Positions 8,571 to 17,791 of a stretch of DNA of 64,000 bases are shown here, piece after piece. The notes beneath the pieces are model-generated. The model did not search any database. It had not been told where the DNA came from and saw only the letters and a program-made list of their open reading frames with translations. Origin of the DNA: Bacteroidales bacterium (lineage in GTDB: Bacteria > Bacteroidota > Bacteroidia > Bacteroidales > UBA932); the NCBI GenBank assembly GCA_021443665.1, contig JABUTN010000002.1, forward strand, positions 27,943-91,942, written 5' to 3'. Made by a program: the position numbers and the translations under genes. Numbering within the stretch: the first letter of the stretch is position 1; each line of letters opens with the position of its first letter.

Positions 8571-10255
8571 TATTTCGCAATCATATGTTCGGGAAGATCC
8601 TTGCTCACAGCCCTCTTCCACTGCTCGCTGTAGCCGGGCTGGGTAAGGGTGGGTATGGTGGCTGATGTCTCTATGGTCTTGAAACTGCCGTCGGGATTCT
8701 GCTCCTTGACATTTCCATCCATAAACTTGACCATCAGAAAACGGTCCAGGTCCTTCCAGGTGTTGAGGAGTTCCCAGGATTTTTTGTTGCTGAAATCTGT
8801 CAGTATGGAGCGAACTTTGTCAATCTGCTTCTTGCCCGGATCGCTGCCCAGAATCTTGAGCGCCTGCTCCTCAAGCACCTTCACATCCTCGAGGCAGCCG
8901 TCCTCGTGGGCGAGAATCTTCTCCCTCACCACGGGAGCCACCCTGTCATAGAGCAGGTAGGCGAACTGGGCCACACGGTTGTTAATCCAGAACTGGGACG
9001 TCTCGGAATAGGTGATCATATTGCCGTTGCCTACCCTGATGGGCTGGGGCACCTCCTTCACATTGGTGTAAACGGGGGTCAGGGCGGAAGTGGCGGCATC
9101 ATCCATACCTATCCACAGCACGCCTCCGAGCACATCCGGCAGCCAGCTGCGGCTCTGGCAGAGAATCCAGAAGCCCGTCTGCTGGGTGGCGATGGCCCTT
9201 TCGTTGAGATAGGACTTGCCCTCATACTGGAAATACATAGGGCGCCAGCGGTAAGGGGTGTGATGGCCGCCCGCTCCGGCGTCGGCCGTCATATCCATAG
9301 GAGTTCCCTCATAGTGGTCGCGCATAACATCGGCGAGGGCCCTGAAAGTCACGGGCTTGGTGGCCTTCACGTAAAGGGGCATCTTCTCCCCGTCAACATC
9401 AAGGCCCATAGCGAAATCGAGCCACTCGTCCGCCTTGCGGCCGTTGAAATTGCCGTCGGTAAGGATGTTGAACGCACTCCAGACACGGGCCTCGCAGGCA
9501 CGCGCCCCGCTGAAATCGAGGGGGTTGTAGGCGTCACAGAAACTGAAATCCTTGTCCTCGCCGGCGAAATAGCCCTTTGTGCGGGCAAAATCCACCACAT
9601 CCTCGCTGTAGAGCCAATTCTCCTTGTCAGCAAAATCTATATGATGAATGCGGGACTGGTTGGCGTGTGAGCAGATGTAGCCGTCGGGGATGCGTGCGGC
9701 CGCCCAGACTGCGCCCTTATAGCCCTCACCCTTGCCTATGATTTCCATTATCCAGGCCTCATTCTTGTCGGCAACGGAGAAACTCTCACCCGCAGAGGCA
9801 TAGCCGTACTCATCCATAAGTGTGGCGATTGTCTCTATCGCCTCGCGGGCGCTTTTGGCCCTCTGGAGAGTGATGTATATAAGCGAACCGTAATCTATGC
9901 TTGCACCGCTCTGATGAGAGAGTTCCTCACGGCCTCCGAAAGTGGTTTCGGTAATGGTCACCTGATACTGGTTCATATTGCCCACCGTCTGATAGGTCTG
10001 GGGCACCTGGGCTATCTGTCCAATCCGCTTTCCCGAGTCCCACTCCACAATCTCCAGCCAGGTCTTGGGGGCGAACCTGCCGGCCGCGGAGAAATAGCAC
10101 TCGCCGTAAAGCTGGTGGGAATCAGCGGAATAGGTCACCATCACCGAGCCGTCGGCAGAGGCTCCCTTGGTCACTATCACATTGGTGCAGGCCTCCATAC
10201 GGGCGCTTGACAACAGGGCCGTCGCCAGCACGATAAGCAAAGTTTTTCCTTTCAT
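8570..10255 (-). CDS. C69 family dipeptidase, secreted
   Basis: Signal peptide followed by the nucleophile Cys context 'EACTNVIVTKGASADGSVMVTYSADSH', typical of peptidase family C69. 561 aa. Confidence 0.85.
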   Translation of the reverse strand: MKGKTLLIVLATALLSSARMEACTNVIVTKGASADGSVMVTYSADSHQLYGECYFSAAGRFAPKTWLEIVEWDSGKRIGQIAQVPQTYQTVGNMNQYQVTITETTFGGREELSHQSGASIDYGSLIYITLQRAKSAREAIETIATLMDEYGYASAGESFSVADKNEAWIMEIIGKGEGYKGAVWAAARIPDGYICSHANQSRIHHIDFADKENWLYSEDVVDFARTKGYFAGEDKDFSFCDAYNPLDFSGARACEARVWSAFNILTDGNFNGRKADEWLDFAMGLDVDGEKMPLYVKATKPVTFRALADVMRDHYEGTPMDMTADAGAGGHHTPYRWRPMYFQYEGKSYLNERAIATQQTGFWILCQSRSWLPDVLGGVLWIGMDDAATSALTPVYTNVKEVPQPIRVGNGNMITYSETSQFWINNRVAQFAYLLYDRVAPVVREKILAHEDGCLEDVKVLEEQALKILGSDPGKKQIDKVRSILTDFSNKKSWELLNTWKDLDRFLMVKFMDGNVKEQNPDGSFKTIETSATIPTLTQPGYSEQWKRAVSKDLPEHMIAK

Positions 10256-10268
10256 ATCAAATAATGTC

Positions 10269-10276
10269 TATTTTTG
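10269..10276 (+). promoter_or_regulatory. Bacteroidota -7 promoter box TAttTTTG (gene 10305)
   Basis: Matches TAnnTTTG, 28 nt upstream of the ATG. Confidence 0.4.
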
Positions 10277-10304
10277 CCTGCGAAAATACTAATTTATATC
10301 CAAT

Positions 10305-10751
10305 ATGAAAAATGTCGCTCTGAAAATACTTTTCCCCTGTCTGATAGTCCTCGCTTCCTCTTTCGCGGCCTCCGCCCAGGAGCCCGAAAAACAGAAAAGC
10401 GCCGAAGAATACGCCTATGACGAGACCGAGCGCCTCAGGAAAATGCTGGATCTGGGTCCGAACCAGACCTTCTACGTGGATTCCATCCTGCAGCACGACT
10501 TCAAATGTATGATGGATGAACTCAAGAAGCACCAGGAGGCCGGCGTGCAGGACATAAACATCTACAACAAGGTGCGCAAGGACTGGTATGAAAAAATCGA
10601 GGCCGCCTATGAAAAGATATTCACAGACGACCAGATGTATGAGTACCGCCTTTCAAGGGGTCAGGTCAAGAAAGATAAAGCCCGCTCGAAGGCCATTGCA
10701 GAGCGCAAGAAACAGGCTCGCAAGGAAGCGAAGCTTGAAGGGGAATTCTGA
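10305..10751 (+). CDS. Hypothetical secreted protein, helical with a Lys-rich C-terminus
   Basis: Signal peptide 'MKNVALKILFPCLIVLASSFAASAQ' and a charged helical body ending 'KKDKARSKAIAERKKQARKEAKLEGEF'. No family recognised. Confidence 0.6.
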   Translation: MKNVALKILFPCLIVLASSFAASAQEPEKQKSAEEYAYDETERLRKMLDLGPNQTFYVDSILQHDFKCMMDELKKHQEAGVQDINIYNKVRKDWYEKIEAAYEKIFTDDQMYEYRLSRGQVKKDKARSKAIAERKKQARKEAKLEGEF

Positions 10752-10755
10752 AAAC

Positions 10756-11562
10756 CTACAGTTTCTTGAGGGAAGAGGCTCCGGTGACCGACTCGACTTT
10801 GAGGCGCAGACCGGGAGTATCCTTGTAGCGCAGGGTCGATGCCCCGCTGATTTCAACTTTGAGGTTTTCCTCGGGCATGACCTTGGCGGAACTGGCCCCG
10901 GAGAGTTTGGCCTCCACCTCTTCGGCCTGAAGATTTTCCGCGCTGACGCTTGATGCTCCGGCAACTTTCAAATCAAACTCTTCGCAGCCTCCTGTCAGTT
11001 TCGCCTTTGAGGCGCCGCTGACTTCCGCGTCTATCTTGTTCGTGTTCTCCACGCTGATCTCAGCATCCGATGCGCCGGAAACATTCAGTTCCAGGTCATA
11101 CACATCGGCCTTGCACTTGATTTTGGACGCGCCCGAGATTTCCATTTCAATCTTGTCCCCTTCGAACGCTATGTCCGTGAGTTTGGAGGCACCGCTGATT
11201 CTCATCTCAGCATCCTTCACTTTGAGGGTCCCGCCGCCCGCCTTGACCTTGGCACAACCGCTGAGTTTCAGAAGATGGATTTCCGGCATACAGATGACAG
11301 CCTCCATCACTTTGATATTGTTGACTGTCCCCTTAATACCGATTTCGACCATCTCGCCCGTCTGCCTCACTACCACCTGGTCGAGGTACTTGTCGTCCAC
11401 CCTGATGGTGACAGAAGGGGTATCGGAAGGCACTATTTCGACATCAAAGGGTTTTTCCACGGAAAGTTTGTCGAAATACTCAAGTGAGTACTGTTTTGAT
11501 GTCTGGGCGAAAATCCCTGTCGAGAGGATTCCCAGAGCCAGAATAACAAAGGCACGTTTCAT
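10756..11562 (-). CDS. DUF2807 / head-GIN-domain (putative beta-helix) protein, secreted
   Basis: Signal peptide. Eight roughly 20-aa units each carrying 'SGAS(K/D/S)x' (ISGASKL, ISGASKI, VSGASDA, VSGASKA, VAGASSV, LSGASSA, ISGASTL, VTGASSL), as in DUF2807 beta-helix proteins. The start lies 3 nt after the cdaA stop. Confidence 0.75.
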   Translation of the reverse strand: MKRAFVILALGILSTGIFAQTSKQYSLEYFDKLSVEKPFDVEIVPSDTPSVTIRVDDKYLDQVVVRQTGEMVEIGIKGTVNNIKVMEAVICMPEIHLLKLSGCAKVKAGGGTLKVKDAEMRISGASKLTDIAFEGDKIEMEISGASKIKCKADVYDLELNVSGASDAEISVENTNKIDAEVSGASKAKLTGGCEEFDLKVAGASSVSAENLQAEEVEAKLSGASSAKVMPEENLKVEISGASTLRYKDTPGLRLKVESVTGASSLKKL

Positions 11563-11565
11563 ATT

Positions 11566-12369
11566 TTATTTGGAATTTGATTCTTTTCTGAACGACTCCT
11601 CTACCAGGAGGCGAAGCTCGCTGATGCTGTTTATGGGCTTCATCTCCCCATTCTCCACATAATGTATGGAGCCTGTCTCCTCGGAAACCACAATGACCGT
11701 GGCATCCGTATCTAGGGTTATGCTCACGGCAGCCCTGTGGCGCAGTCCGAACTGGGCGGGGATATCGGGGTTTTCGATAATGGGGATGGTGCAGCGTGAG
11801 GCTATGATTTTGTCCTCGTCTATCACCACGGCCCCGTCGTGGAGGGGAGAATTCTTGAAAAAGAGGTTTTCTATCAGGCGCCTCTTTATTATGGCGTCGA
11901 TGACATCCCCTGTCCGGGTGACGAATTCGAGGGAGTTGCTGTGCTTTATCACTATCAGGGCGCCTGTCTTGGACTTGGCCATAGCGTCACAGGCCAGCAT
12001 CAGTTCGTCAAGGGCCTCGTTGCCCAAACCCTGGCTGGTAGTGCTTCCGAAAAGGGCCTTCCCCAATCTTGTCTCCCTCCAATAACGGTTCCCCTTGTTG
12101 CCCATCTGCTGCATAAAACGCCTGAGTTCAGGCTGGTAGATGACAAGCAGGGTTATGACACCCACCTCGAGCAGGCCGCCGAGCAGGGTGTTGGTAAGCC
12201 CCATACGCAAGGCGCCGGAAAGGCTCCAAAGGATGTAATAAGCCACGATTATCAGGAACACGTTGAATGCGTTCGTACGGCGCATTATCTTGAATCCCTG
12301 ATAGATAATGAATGCCACCACGAGGATGTCAAGCACATCTATGACCGATATTTCTATAAAATCGAACAT
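11566..12369 (-). CDS. cdaA: Diadenylate cyclase CdaA (c-di-AMP synthase)
   Basis: Three N-terminal TM helices plus DAC-domain motifs 'KTGALIVI', 'PLHDGAVVI' and 'GLRHRAAVS'. Confidence 0.9.
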   Translation of the reverse strand: MFDFIEISVIDVLDILVVAFIIYQGFKIMRRTNAFNVFLIIVAYYILWSLSGALRMGLTNTLLGGLLEVGVITLLVIYQPELRRFMQQMGNKGNRYWRETRLGKALFGSTTSQGLGNEALDELMLACDAMAKSKTGALIVIKHSNSLEFVTRTGDVIDAIIKRRLIENLFFKNSPLHDGAVVIDEDKIIASRCTIPIIENPDIPAQFGLRHRAAVSITLDTDATVIVVSEETGSIHYVENGEMKPINSISELRLLVEESFRKESNSK

Positions 12370-12376
12370 CAGGGGG

Positions 12377-12384
12377 CAAAGATA
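12377..12384 (-). promoter_or_regulatory. -7 box TAtcTTTG (cdaA)
   Basis: Minus-strand TAnnTTTG, 7 nt upstream of the cdaA ATG. Confidence 0.45.
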
Positions 12385-12408
12385 AGAAGCCGTTCTGAAA
12401 ATTCCTAT

Positions 12409-12416
12409 TACATTTG
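12409..12416 (+). promoter_or_regulatory. -7 box TAcaTTTG (comF)
   Basis: 10 nt upstream of ATG 12427. Confidence 0.45.
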
Positions 12417-12426
12417 CAGTGTGTTG

Positions 12427-13134
12427 ATGGATTTGTTATACCCGAGAGAGTGCTGCGTATGCGGCTGTGTGCTGGAGAGTGATGAAAGATTCCTCTGTCA
12501 GGACTGCCTCTGTGACCTGCCCCGGACCTTCTTCTGGACCTGGAGGGACAACCCCTCCGAACAAATCCTCTGGGCACGCAGTTATTTCCGGGAGGTGGTT
12601 TCGCTTTTCTATTACAGCGAAGACAACGACTACTGCCACCTTATCCACGAAATCAAATACCACGGCAACCCCCCCCTCGCCCGGTATCTCGGATATATGC
12701 TCGGCCGCCTGATGGTCGAAGGCGGAAGCGACGGTGACATCGACATTCTCGTCCCTGTTCCCCTCCATTGGCGCAAACAATGGAAAAGGGGCTACAACCA
12801 GTCATATCACATCTGCTGCGGTCTGAAGAAGGGCCTCGAAGAGGCAAGGGCGGAACGTGGCAGGCCGGGCGAAATCAGAATCGAGACGAAACTCCTGCGC
12901 AGAATCCGTTACGCGGAATCCCAGACCACAAAAAGTATGGAGGAAAAGTGGGACAATGTGAAGGACGCATATGTCCTGAATCCCCACAGGGCGAAAAAAC
13001 TCGGCCCCGGCCACCATATCCTGATTGTGGATGATGTACTCACATCAGGGGCGACGGCCGAGGCCTGTTACAAGGTGCTTGGAGGGCATTTCCGAGACTT
13101 GAGTTACGGAGCCCTGTGTTCAGTCGGAAACTAA
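12427..13134 (+). CDS. comF: ComF family protein (phosphoribosyltransferase-like competence protein)
   Basis: N-terminal Cys cluster 'CCVCGCVLESDERFLCQDC' and C-terminal PRTase motif 'ILIVDDVLTSGATAEAC'. ATG at 12427. The track ORF from 11839 is a read-through antisense to cdaA. Confidence 0.8.
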   Translation: MDLLYPRECCVCGCVLESDERFLCQDCLCDLPRTFFWTWRDNPSEQILWARSYFREVVSLFYYSEDNDYCHLIHEIKYHGNPPLARYLGYMLGRLMVEGGSDGDIDILVPVPLHWRKQWKRGYNQSYHICCGLKKGLEEARAERGRPGEIRIETKLLRRIRYAESQTTKSMEEKWDNVKDAYVLNPHRAKKLGPGHHILIVDDVLTSGATAEACYKVLGGHFRDLSYGALCSVGN

Positions 13135-13952
13135 AGCCACCACTTCCCGTCGGAGGGCTCCGCCGCTTCGATTTCAGCGGCCTTCTGCTCCCCGACCACA
13201 AGAGGAAGGGACACGAAGAAGTTCTCGCCGAGCAGGGTCTCAAGGTCCTTGATGCTCATCGCGAATGACTTCCACTCGTAGGGCTGCCCGTAGTCGGTGC
13301 GATGCTCGAAATAGAAGCCCATTGCGAAGTAGTCACCCCACTTTGAGCCCCGCTTGTAACCGAGCAAGGCCTTGTAGTAGCCCTTGGGAATGAGAGTCCC
13401 GTTATTGCGGGCCGTCACTCCCTGCACATCGCAGCCTGTCACCACATACAGAGTGTCGCAGGAAGAAGCCCAAACACGCACCGACTGCTCGAATTCATTC
13501 CAGATTTCCTGATTGAAGACGGCCTTCTGGGGAGTCATGTTGCTGTAATAGAAGGTCTGGTCATTGGCCTGGGTGCAGCACAGGCGGTCGGCGGAGGGTA
13601 TTTGGTGTCCCCTGTCGTAACCGCTGAATTTCGATGCCTGCTCACTTTCGGGAATCTGAGGGTCGTATGCCCAGTTGTCACCCCTGCTGACATTCTTCAT
13701 CGTATAGAGGCCGCACAGAGGATATGCCACCCAATGGGCAAGATGGGCGTCCGAATCCCAGCCGTAGGCGTAATTTCGTATCATACGCCCGCTGTAGAAG
13801 AACGATTGGGAATGCAGGACCAGCCCGTCCGCAATTTCGGGCATCTCCAGGAGACAATTCACCTTGGGGTCTTCCTCGGGGGGAAGAGTCTGTTTACAGG
13901 AAACAGACAACAGCGCCGCGCACAGGGCGGCAAGCCACAAAAATCTTTTCAT
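13131..13952 (-). CDS. DNA/RNA non-specific endonuclease (NUC1/EndA-like), lipoprotein
   Basis: 'MKRFLWLAALCAALLSVSC' lipobox signal and catalytic motif 'DRGHQIPSADR'. ATG at 13952 sits 1 nt after the upstream stop. Confidence 0.8.
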   Translation of the reverse strand: MKRFLWLAALCAALLSVSCKQTLPPEEDPKVNCLLEMPEIADGLVLHSQSFFYSGRMIRNYAYGWDSDAHLAHWVAYPLCGLYTMKNVSRGDNWAYDPQIPESEQASKFSGYDRGHQIPSADRLCCTQANDQTFYYSNMTPQKAVFNQEIWNEFEQSVRVWASSCDTLYVVTGCDVQGVTARNNGTLIPKGYYKALLGYKRGSKWGDYFAMGFYFEHRTDYGQPYEWKSFAMSIKDLETLLGENFFVSLPLVVGEQKAAEIEAAEPSDGKWWL

Positions 13953-13953
13953 A

Positions 13954-15480
13954 TCAGAACAGATAGCCCACATTCACATAGAAGGCTCCGTTGCCGTCCT
14001 GCTTGTATATGGGGTTGGTCTTGGGTACCATATTGGAAATCGGCATGCCGTACTCGACAGCAAGGATGAAGTTCTCGTTCATTATGAAACGGAAACCTGC
14101 GCCGATGGAAGCGTGGGGAAGGTCTTTCCCCTTGAGGGGAGCCGAATCCATATACTTGATGTATGCCTCCTGCTGGGCTATGGTGAGAACCTTTCCTCCC
14201 TTGCCGGGGGTCATATCATAATTGCGGGTGGCCCAGGTACCATCACAGAAGGCGCTCAGGCCGAGGGCGATGTTCTGGCGGGCGACCTTGAACTTCACAA
14301 AGCGTGAGCGGAACTCCACATTCCAGGTCAGGGCGTCCAAAGCCTCCACCCTCGAACGCATAATACCGCGGACTGTGCGGTAGCCGCCGAAGGCCTCGTA
14401 GTCGAAGGACTCGCCGACCATAGTCATATAGGGCAGCATGTAATAAGGCACTTTGGAGCCGAAGGAACCGATGTAATTGATGCGGTAGGCGAAGGTAAAC
14501 CAGTCATCCTTCACAAGGGTCACATAATGGCGGAAGGTGAGCGAATAGCGGTAGTATGAGTTCTTGCTTATGCCGGGGAAGGCAAGGATGGCGTGGCCTT
14601 CGGCCCAGATGCCCTTGCTCGGGGCAGCCCTCTTGTTGCGTGTGTCGTAGAGGATGCCTAGGCGGATCTCAGTGTTGAAGCCTCCGTAAAGCTCGTCTTC
14701 GGGAATGACTCCCCAGTCGCGAAAGTTCTCCCAGAGGGTGGGCTGGTTGAACAAGGGATCCACAGGCTGCGTAGGGTCGTATGAAGGGAACATGTCATAT
14801 TCCTTCTTTCCCTTGTTGATGCTGGCGCGGTCTATTGCGGTGATGTTGAAGTAGTTGAAGTGCAGTCCTGCCTCCCAGAAGAGTTTCTTGTTCCAGATGT
14901 TGCCCACAAAGTCGCAGGATAACAACAGTTGGTCGCGGTGGTGTTTGTAGAAGGGGGAGAAGCTGTATTTCGAAGGATCCTCGGGATCGGCCTTCACGGC
15001 CATACGCTCCCAGTCATAATTGGCCTGGTAGCCTCCGAAACCGAAAAAGTCGTATGCCTTGTCACGTGCATATATGGCAGATGCCGACACGCGCACATTG
15101 GGAATGGAGAAGTAGTTCTCGTATGTCAATTTGAAGAGCATCGAGCCCTTGAAATAGTAGGACCCTTCTGCATACCACTTCTGGCGGGGGTTGGGATATG
15201 TGCTGCCGTCACCGAAGTCGTAGAGGTTGATCAGCGCTCCCAACTGCAGGCCCTTGTCCGCATCGAAGGCGATGATGGGGAAGGGGCCGACGTTCAGGCC
15301 GGTCTTGATGATTTCGCCCTTTTCGTTGTATTGGACGGGCTTCTTGTTCTTCTTTTTCTTGGCGGAAGTGGTGTCAGCTGCAGCCGCCGCGTCTGCAAGC
15401 GGAGCGGAAACCTGCATCTGCTGTCCCGCTGCGGGGAAGGCCATTGCAGCCGCCAATAAGATGATAGCGATTTTTTTCAT
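13954..15480 (-). CDS. Omp85/BamA-TamA-like (surface antigen D15 family) outer-membrane beta-barrel protein
   Basis: Signal peptide, Lys-rich linker 'SAKKKKNKKP', a long run of alternating aromatic/Gly strands and the C-terminus 'VNVGYLF'. Family assignment is from overall character only. Confidence 0.6.
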   Translation of the reverse strand: MKKIAIILLAAAMAFPAAGQQMQVSAPLADAAAAADTTSAKKKKNKKPVQYNEKGEIIKTGLNVGPFPIIAFDADKGLQLGALINLYDFGDGSTYPNPRQKWYAEGSYYFKGSMLFKLTYENYFSIPNVRVSASAIYARDKAYDFFGFGGYQANYDWERMAVKADPEDPSKYSFSPFYKHHRDQLLLSCDFVGNIWNKKLFWEAGLHFNYFNITAIDRASINKGKKEYDMFPSYDPTQPVDPLFNQPTLWENFRDWGVIPEDELYGGFNTEIRLGILYDTRNKRAAPSKGIWAEGHAILAFPGISKNSYYRYSLTFRHYVTLVKDDWFTFAYRINYIGSFGSKVPYYMLPYMTMVGESFDYEAFGGYRTVRGIMRSRVEALDALTWNVEFRSRFVKFKVARQNIALGLSAFCDGTWATRNYDMTPGKGGKVLTIAQQEAYIKYMDSAPLKGKDLPHASIGAGFRFIMNENFILAVEYGMPISNMVPKTNPIYKQDGNGAFYVNVGYLF

Positions 15481-15488
15481 ATCAGGTT

Positions 15489-16457
15489 TTAGTCTATTTT
15501 ACTGCGTCTGAAGAGGCTGGCCACGGTAAGGCCGGAGATGATGTGCCAGATGCCCCACCAGGCCGTCACGAAAAGCATTCCTCCGTAGATGTCGTGCCAG
15601 GGAACCTCAGGGAAGATGGCTGGGTTGAGCAGGAGCATGAGTCCAAGGCCGGAGTTTTGGATACCAACCTCTATGGTCATTGAGCGGCGGTCCTGAACTG
15701 GAACCTTTGCCAGGGTTCCGCCCAAAAAGCCCGTAGCAAGGGCGCAGGCGTTGTGGATGAGCACAATGATGAATATGAAGATTATGTAGTCCACAAACTG
15801 CTGCCAGTTGGAAGAGAACATCACAATCACCATTGCGGCGAACACCAGGAGAGAAAATACGGAGAAGGGTTTCTTGATTTTCTCCGTCACCTTGGGACAG
15901 TAGTGCGCGAAAAGCATACCGAGAACGATGGGAATGCCAAGCAGAAGCAGCACCTGCTCGAACATATCCATAAAGGGAATCACCAGTTCCGGCACTTCCG
16001 TAAGTCCCGTGGCCTGCAGGGGCAGCACCTTCAGGCAGAGATTACCCCAGATCCAGAAGTTGAAAGGGGTTATTACGGGGGCCGTGATGGTGCTGACGGC
16101 TGTCATGCTGACGGAGAGTTCCACATTGCCCTTGCTGAGCGAGGACATAAAGTTGGAAATGTTCCCTCCGGGACAGCATGCCACAAGCACCATACCCAGG
16201 GCCACCATAGGGGTGAGCGCACCCCGCAGCAGCCAGACAAGAGCGAAAGTCACGGCAGGCAGCGCCACCCATTGCATACAAAGGCCCACTATTATGGATT
16301 TGGGATTTGTAAACACCTTCTTGAAGGTGCTCAAATGGATGTTCAGAGCTACTCCGAACATTATCAATGCCAGGATGTAACTGATGAAGGAGGTCTCTCC
16401 AAGTGCCAGTTCCACCGTGTCAAGTCCTGACAACTGCGCTCTTATCTGGTCAAACAT
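15489..16457 (-). CDS. Bile acid:sodium symporter (BASS/SBF) family transporter
   Basis: About 10 TM helices and an SBF-type motif 'EVGIQNSGLGLML'. Confidence 0.8.
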   Translation of the reverse strand: MFDQIRAQLSGLDTVELALGETSFISYILALIMFGVALNIHLSTFKKVFTNPKSIIVGLCMQWVALPAVTFALVWLLRGALTPMVALGMVLVACCPGGNISNFMSSLSKGNVELSVSMTAVSTITAPVITPFNFWIWGNLCLKVLPLQATGLTEVPELVIPFMDMFEQVLLLLGIPIVLGMLFAHYCPKVTEKIKKPFSVFSLLVFAAMVIVMFSSNWQQFVDYIIFIFIIVLIHNACALATGFLGGTLAKVPVQDRRSMTIEVGIQNSGLGLMLLLNPAIFPEVPWHDIYGGMLFVTAWWGIWHIISGLTVASLFRRSKID

Positions 16458-16479
16458 GCTGAAGGTATTTTAAAATGTG

Positions 16480-17730
16480 TTACTCGCGGATAGCCTTGAT
16501 GCCGGGAAGTTCAATGCCTTCAAGGTACTCGAGCATTGCACCGCCGCCGGTGGAAACGTAGCTGACCTTGTCAGCGCAGCCCATCTGTGTAACGGCAGCA
16601 ACGGAGTCTCCACCGCCTACGAGGGTGAAGGCGCCCTTTGATGTGGCCTCGACGAGGGTCTTGGCGATATCGTTGGTACCAACGGCAAACTTGGGCATCT
16701 CGAATGCTCCGACGGGGCCGTTCCAAAGGATGGTCTTGGACTCGAGCAGCACCTTGCGCATATCCTCGATTGAAGAGGGGGCTGCGTCGAGGCCTTCCCA
16801 ACCCTCGGGGATGGCATTGGTGGCGCAGATTTTGGTGTTGGCATCGTTGCTGAAACTGTCGGCAATCACAACCTCCTTGGGGAAATGCAGTTTGACGCCT
16901 TTCTCCTCGGCTTTCTTGAGGATATTGAGAGCCACATCGATCTGGTCGGGCTCGCAGATAGAATTGCCGACTGTGCCGCCCAGGGCCTTTGCGAAGGTAT
17001 AAACCATACCGCCGCCGATAATCATATTGTCAACGAGGTCGAGAAGGTGCTCGATGATGCCGATTTTTGAAGATACCTTGGCACCGCCGATGATGGCTGT
17101 GAGGGGACGTGCGGGATTTCCGAGAACCTGATCGATGGCCTTGATTTCACCTTCCATCACATAACCGAACATTTTGTCATTGGGAAAATATTTGGCGATG
17201 AGGGCTGTGGAAGCGTGGGCGCGGTGTGCGGTTCCGAACGCGTCGTTGATGTAGCAGTCAGCGTAGCTTGCAAGGGTCTTCACGAACTCTTTCTGGCTCT
17301 CCTTCACGGCAGCCTTGGCGGCCTTCTTCTCCTCATCGGTGGCATCCTCTGCCAGTCCTCTGGGCTTGCCTTCCTCTTCAGCATAGAAACGGAGGTTCTC
17401 AAGAAGCAGAACCTCGCCGCTCTTGAGGGCGGCAGCCTGCTCTGAAGCCTTCTGGCAGTCATCCGCGAACTGAACCTTCACACCGAGGAGCTCCTCCACG
17501 CGGTAGATGATGTGTTTCAATGAAAACTTACCTGTCACACCCTTGGGACGGCCGAGGTGGGACATAACGATCAGCGCACCGCCGCCGGCGAGCACCTTTT
17601 TGAGAGTGGGAATGGCAGCCCTGATGCGGGTGTCATCAGTGATGCGGAAATTTTCATCCAAGGGAACGTTGAAATCGACTCTGACAATAGCTTTCTTGCC
17701 AGTAAAGTCATAGGTAGAAATGTTTTGCAT
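16480..17730 (-). CDS. pgk: Phosphoglycerate kinase
   Basis: '[11 protein letters not shown]', 'MSHLGRPKG' and 'GGGDS' motifs. 416 aa. Confidence 0.97.
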   Translation of the reverse strand: MQNISTYDFTGKKAIVRVDFNVPLDENFRITDDTRIRAAIPTLKKVLAGGGALIVMSHLGRPKGVTGKFSLKHIIYRVEELLGVKVQFADDCQKASEQAAALKSGEVLLLENLRFYAEEEGKPRGLAEDATDEEKKAAKAAVKESQKEFVKTLASYADCYINDAFGTAHRAHASTALIAKYFPNDKMFGYVMEGEIKAIDQVLGNPARPLTAIIGGAKVSSKIGIIEHLLDLVDNMIIGGGMVYTFAKALGGTVGNSICEPDQIDVALNILKKAEEKGVKLHFPKEVVIADSFSNDANTKICATNAIPEGWEGLDAAPSSIEDMRKVLLESKTILWNGPVGAFEMPKFAVGTNDIAKTLVEATSKGAFTLVGGGDSVAAVTQMGCADKVSYVSTGGGAMLEYLEGIELPGIKAIRE

Positions 17731-17764
17731 TGTATTTTGAGTTATTTATGGTTTCGCAAACGCG

Positions 17765-17772
17765 CAAATGTA
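17765..17772 (-). promoter_or_regulatory. -7 box TAcaTTTG (pgk)
   Basis: 34 nt upstream of the pgk ATG. Confidence 0.45.
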
Positions 17773-17791
17773 ATAAAAATATGTGAATGGT

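Noticed and set aside
3733-10255. The co-directional string C69 dipeptidase, DAHP synthase, GH3, GH43, considered as a functionally odd operon or a PUL fragment.
   Set aside because: Tight spacing is the rule throughout this genome. No SusC/SusD or regulator is present in the window, and nothing in the sequence links the functions. It is more likely genome compaction than a system.
10756-11562. Eight 'SGAS' units in the DUF2807 gene, considered as a DNA tandem repeat or contingency locus.
   Set aside because: The repeats are conserved at the protein level only (beta-helix rungs). The underlying DNA units are diverged and show no slippage-prone identity.
11839-12426. N-terminal extensions offered by the ORF track: comF from 11839, the kinase from 26755, the permease from 1983, the S9 peptidase from 34174, radA from 58089, TPR from 44062, the regulator from 62251, MBL from 27204 and topA from 53890.
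   Set aside because: The extensions run through neighbouring genes or through the TAnnTTTG promoter boxes. Internal ATGs give canonical N-termini (signal peptides, P-loops, zinc fingers). Some track starts are non-ATG codons (TTG/GTG).
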